The position numbers and the translations under genes were made by a program. From Candidatus Marinacidobacterales bacterium (GTDB lineage Bacteria > Acidobacteriota > Vicinamibacteria > Marinacidobacterales > SMYC01): DNA of 64,000 bases. Positions 62,661 to 64,000 of this stretch are shown here, one piece after another. Position 1 is the first letter of the stretch, and each line of letters starts with the position of its first letter. The notes under the pieces were generated by a model. That model saw only the letters and a list, made by a program, of their open reading frames with translations, was not told the DNA's origin and did no database searches. The stretch spans positions 64,001 to 128,000 of the forward strand of contig CBDCYI010000009.1 in the NCBI GenBank assembly GCA_965224085.1, read 5' to 3'.

Positions 62661-64000
62661 ATGGAAGGACGAATGGTTAGCGCGTCGTTTGCGGGCCTGG
62701 TGCTTGCGGCGGCGACGCTCGCGCTCACGGGCGAAAACGGCTCGAGATCGCGGCACTCGACGTCCGCCGTCCTGACGATGGAGAGCTACCTGCAGGCGCG
62801 CTGGCCGTCCCGGCCGAGCTGGTCGCCAGACGGCCGCTACGTCAGCTTCCTCTGGACCGACTGGAAGACCCAGGATCTCTATGTGGTTGCAGCCGAGGGT
62901 GGCCCGCCCATCAAGTTGACCCGCTCGAGCGACTTCCTCGGCGGATCCACCTGGAACAGCGCCGGGCAGTTCGGCGAGTGGTCGCCGGACGCGAAGGAAA
63001 TCCTGTACTCTGACCGCGGCGACCTGTACCTCGTTTCCGTTCCCGGAGGCGAGAGCCGGCGCCTGACCGACACCGCGGAGTCGGAAAGTGGGGGGCGCTT
63101 CTCACCGGACGGCGAGCGGATTGCCTACGCCCACGACGGCAACCTCTTCGTGCTCCACCGGAGGGAGGCGACGCGGAAGCAGCTCACCCGTGACGGACGG
63201 GCCAGCGGCGGCTTCTCCTGGTCGCCCGACGGCCGATGGGTGGCTCTGAGCGTGGCCGATCCACCCACTCGTCTGAGCGCGTCCCCGACCTACTCCGGTC
63301 CGCTCCTCACCATACATCGGTTCAGACGGCACCAGCGCGATGTTGCGCTCGTGCCGTCTCAAGGGGGTGAGCCCCGCACGATCCTGGCTTCGCCAGAGCA
63401 GGAGTCGGTGCTCGACTGGCATCCCGACGCCAAGAGCTTTCTGGTACAGCGAAGGACGATCGACGCGAAGGAGCGAACGCTCTTCTGGGTCAGCGTGGAC
63501 GGGGAGGTGCGGACGCTTTACCGCCAGCGCGACGATAAATACCTTGCCACGAACGATCAGGTAGCGATCTTCTCTCCCGACGGACGTTACGTGCTCCTGA
63601 CCAGCGACGAGGATGGCTGGAATCACATCTACGTGATCCCGCTCGAAGGCGGGGAGCCCATCCAGATCACCCGGGGCGCCTTCGAAGTGAGCTTCCCCGC
63701 CTGGGCACCGGACGGGCGGTCCATCTTCTTCTCATCGACCGAGGGCGGATCCGAACAGCGCCACCTTTACTCCGTGCCGAGCGAGGGGGGCAGGAAGACC
63801 CGTCTGACGACCCGGCCCGGGATCCACACCACCGCGATCCTCTCTCCTCACGGCGAACGGGTGGCCTTCATCCACTCCGACCCCTCGCACCTGCCCGATC
63901 TCTGGGTCCTCGATACGCGAGCGGGCGGAGTGCCCCGTCAACTCACTCGGTCGATGACGCCGGAGCTCGAGGCTTTCGTCTGGCAGACCCCCGGGATCGT
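62661..64000 (+). CDS. S9 peptidase N-terminal propeller (3' partial)
   Basis: Signal peptide, repeated WSPDG motifs, SDEDGWNHIY, open to the window end. Confidence 0.8.
   Translation, partial: MEGRMVSASFAGLVLAAATLALTGENGSRSRHSTSAVLTMESYLQARWPSRPSWSPDGRYVSFLWTDWKTQDLYVVAAEGGPPIKLTRSSDFLGGSTWNSAGQFGEWSPDAKEILYSDRGDLYLVSVPGGESRRLTDTAESESGGRFSPDGERIAYAHDGNLFVLHRREATRKQLTRDGRASGGFSWSPDGRWVALSVADPPTRLSASPTYSGPLLTIHRFRRHQRDVALVPSQGGEPRTILASPEQESVLDWHPDAKSFLVQRRTIDAKERTLFWVSVDGEVRTLYRQRDDKYLATNDQVAIFSPDGRYVLLTSDEDGWNHIYVIPLEGGEPIQITRGAFEVSFPAWAPDGRSIFFSSTEGGSEQRHLYSVPSEGGRKTRLTTRPGIHTTAILSPHGERVAFIHSDPSHLPDLWVLDTRAGGVPRQLTRSMTPELEAFVWQTPGI

Noticed and set aside
1-64000. CRISPR array or cas genes
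   Set aside because: No regularly spaced repeat-spacer series seen; the 13500 repeats have no spacers

Overview
A GC-rich 64 kb accessory region. The gene content (Ser/Thr kinase-TolB proteins, ECF sigma of the TIGR02999 type, DUF1592/DUF1552/ankyrin operon, DUF5916, many secreted S9/S10/amidohydrolases) suggests Acidobacteriota; this is an inference. The region is a patchwork: intact catabolic or secreted-enzyme genes alternate with more than 20 short N- or C-terminal stubs of unrelated genes, IS remnants and toxin-antitoxin debris. Highlights: (1) a 2.47 kb IS110 element (51782-54249, minus strand) whose four putative bridge-RNA guides match its ends and flanks, placing two small passenger genes inside the element; (2) an internally deleted IS1111-type element (32979-33766) that keeps both ends, its right-end guide RNA and a circle-junction promoter; (3) a hybrid purine-catabolic cluster (HpxW-like, PucG/HpxJ, AllG/AllF/AllK/AllH); (4) a 109 bp MITE at a junction between unrelated fragments, an intact IS256 with target duplication, and a 1.13 kb near-identical duplication with a diverged 5' flank. 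No CRISPR array, rRNA or intact tRNA was seen. All family assignments come from motif recognition by eye; no database search was run.
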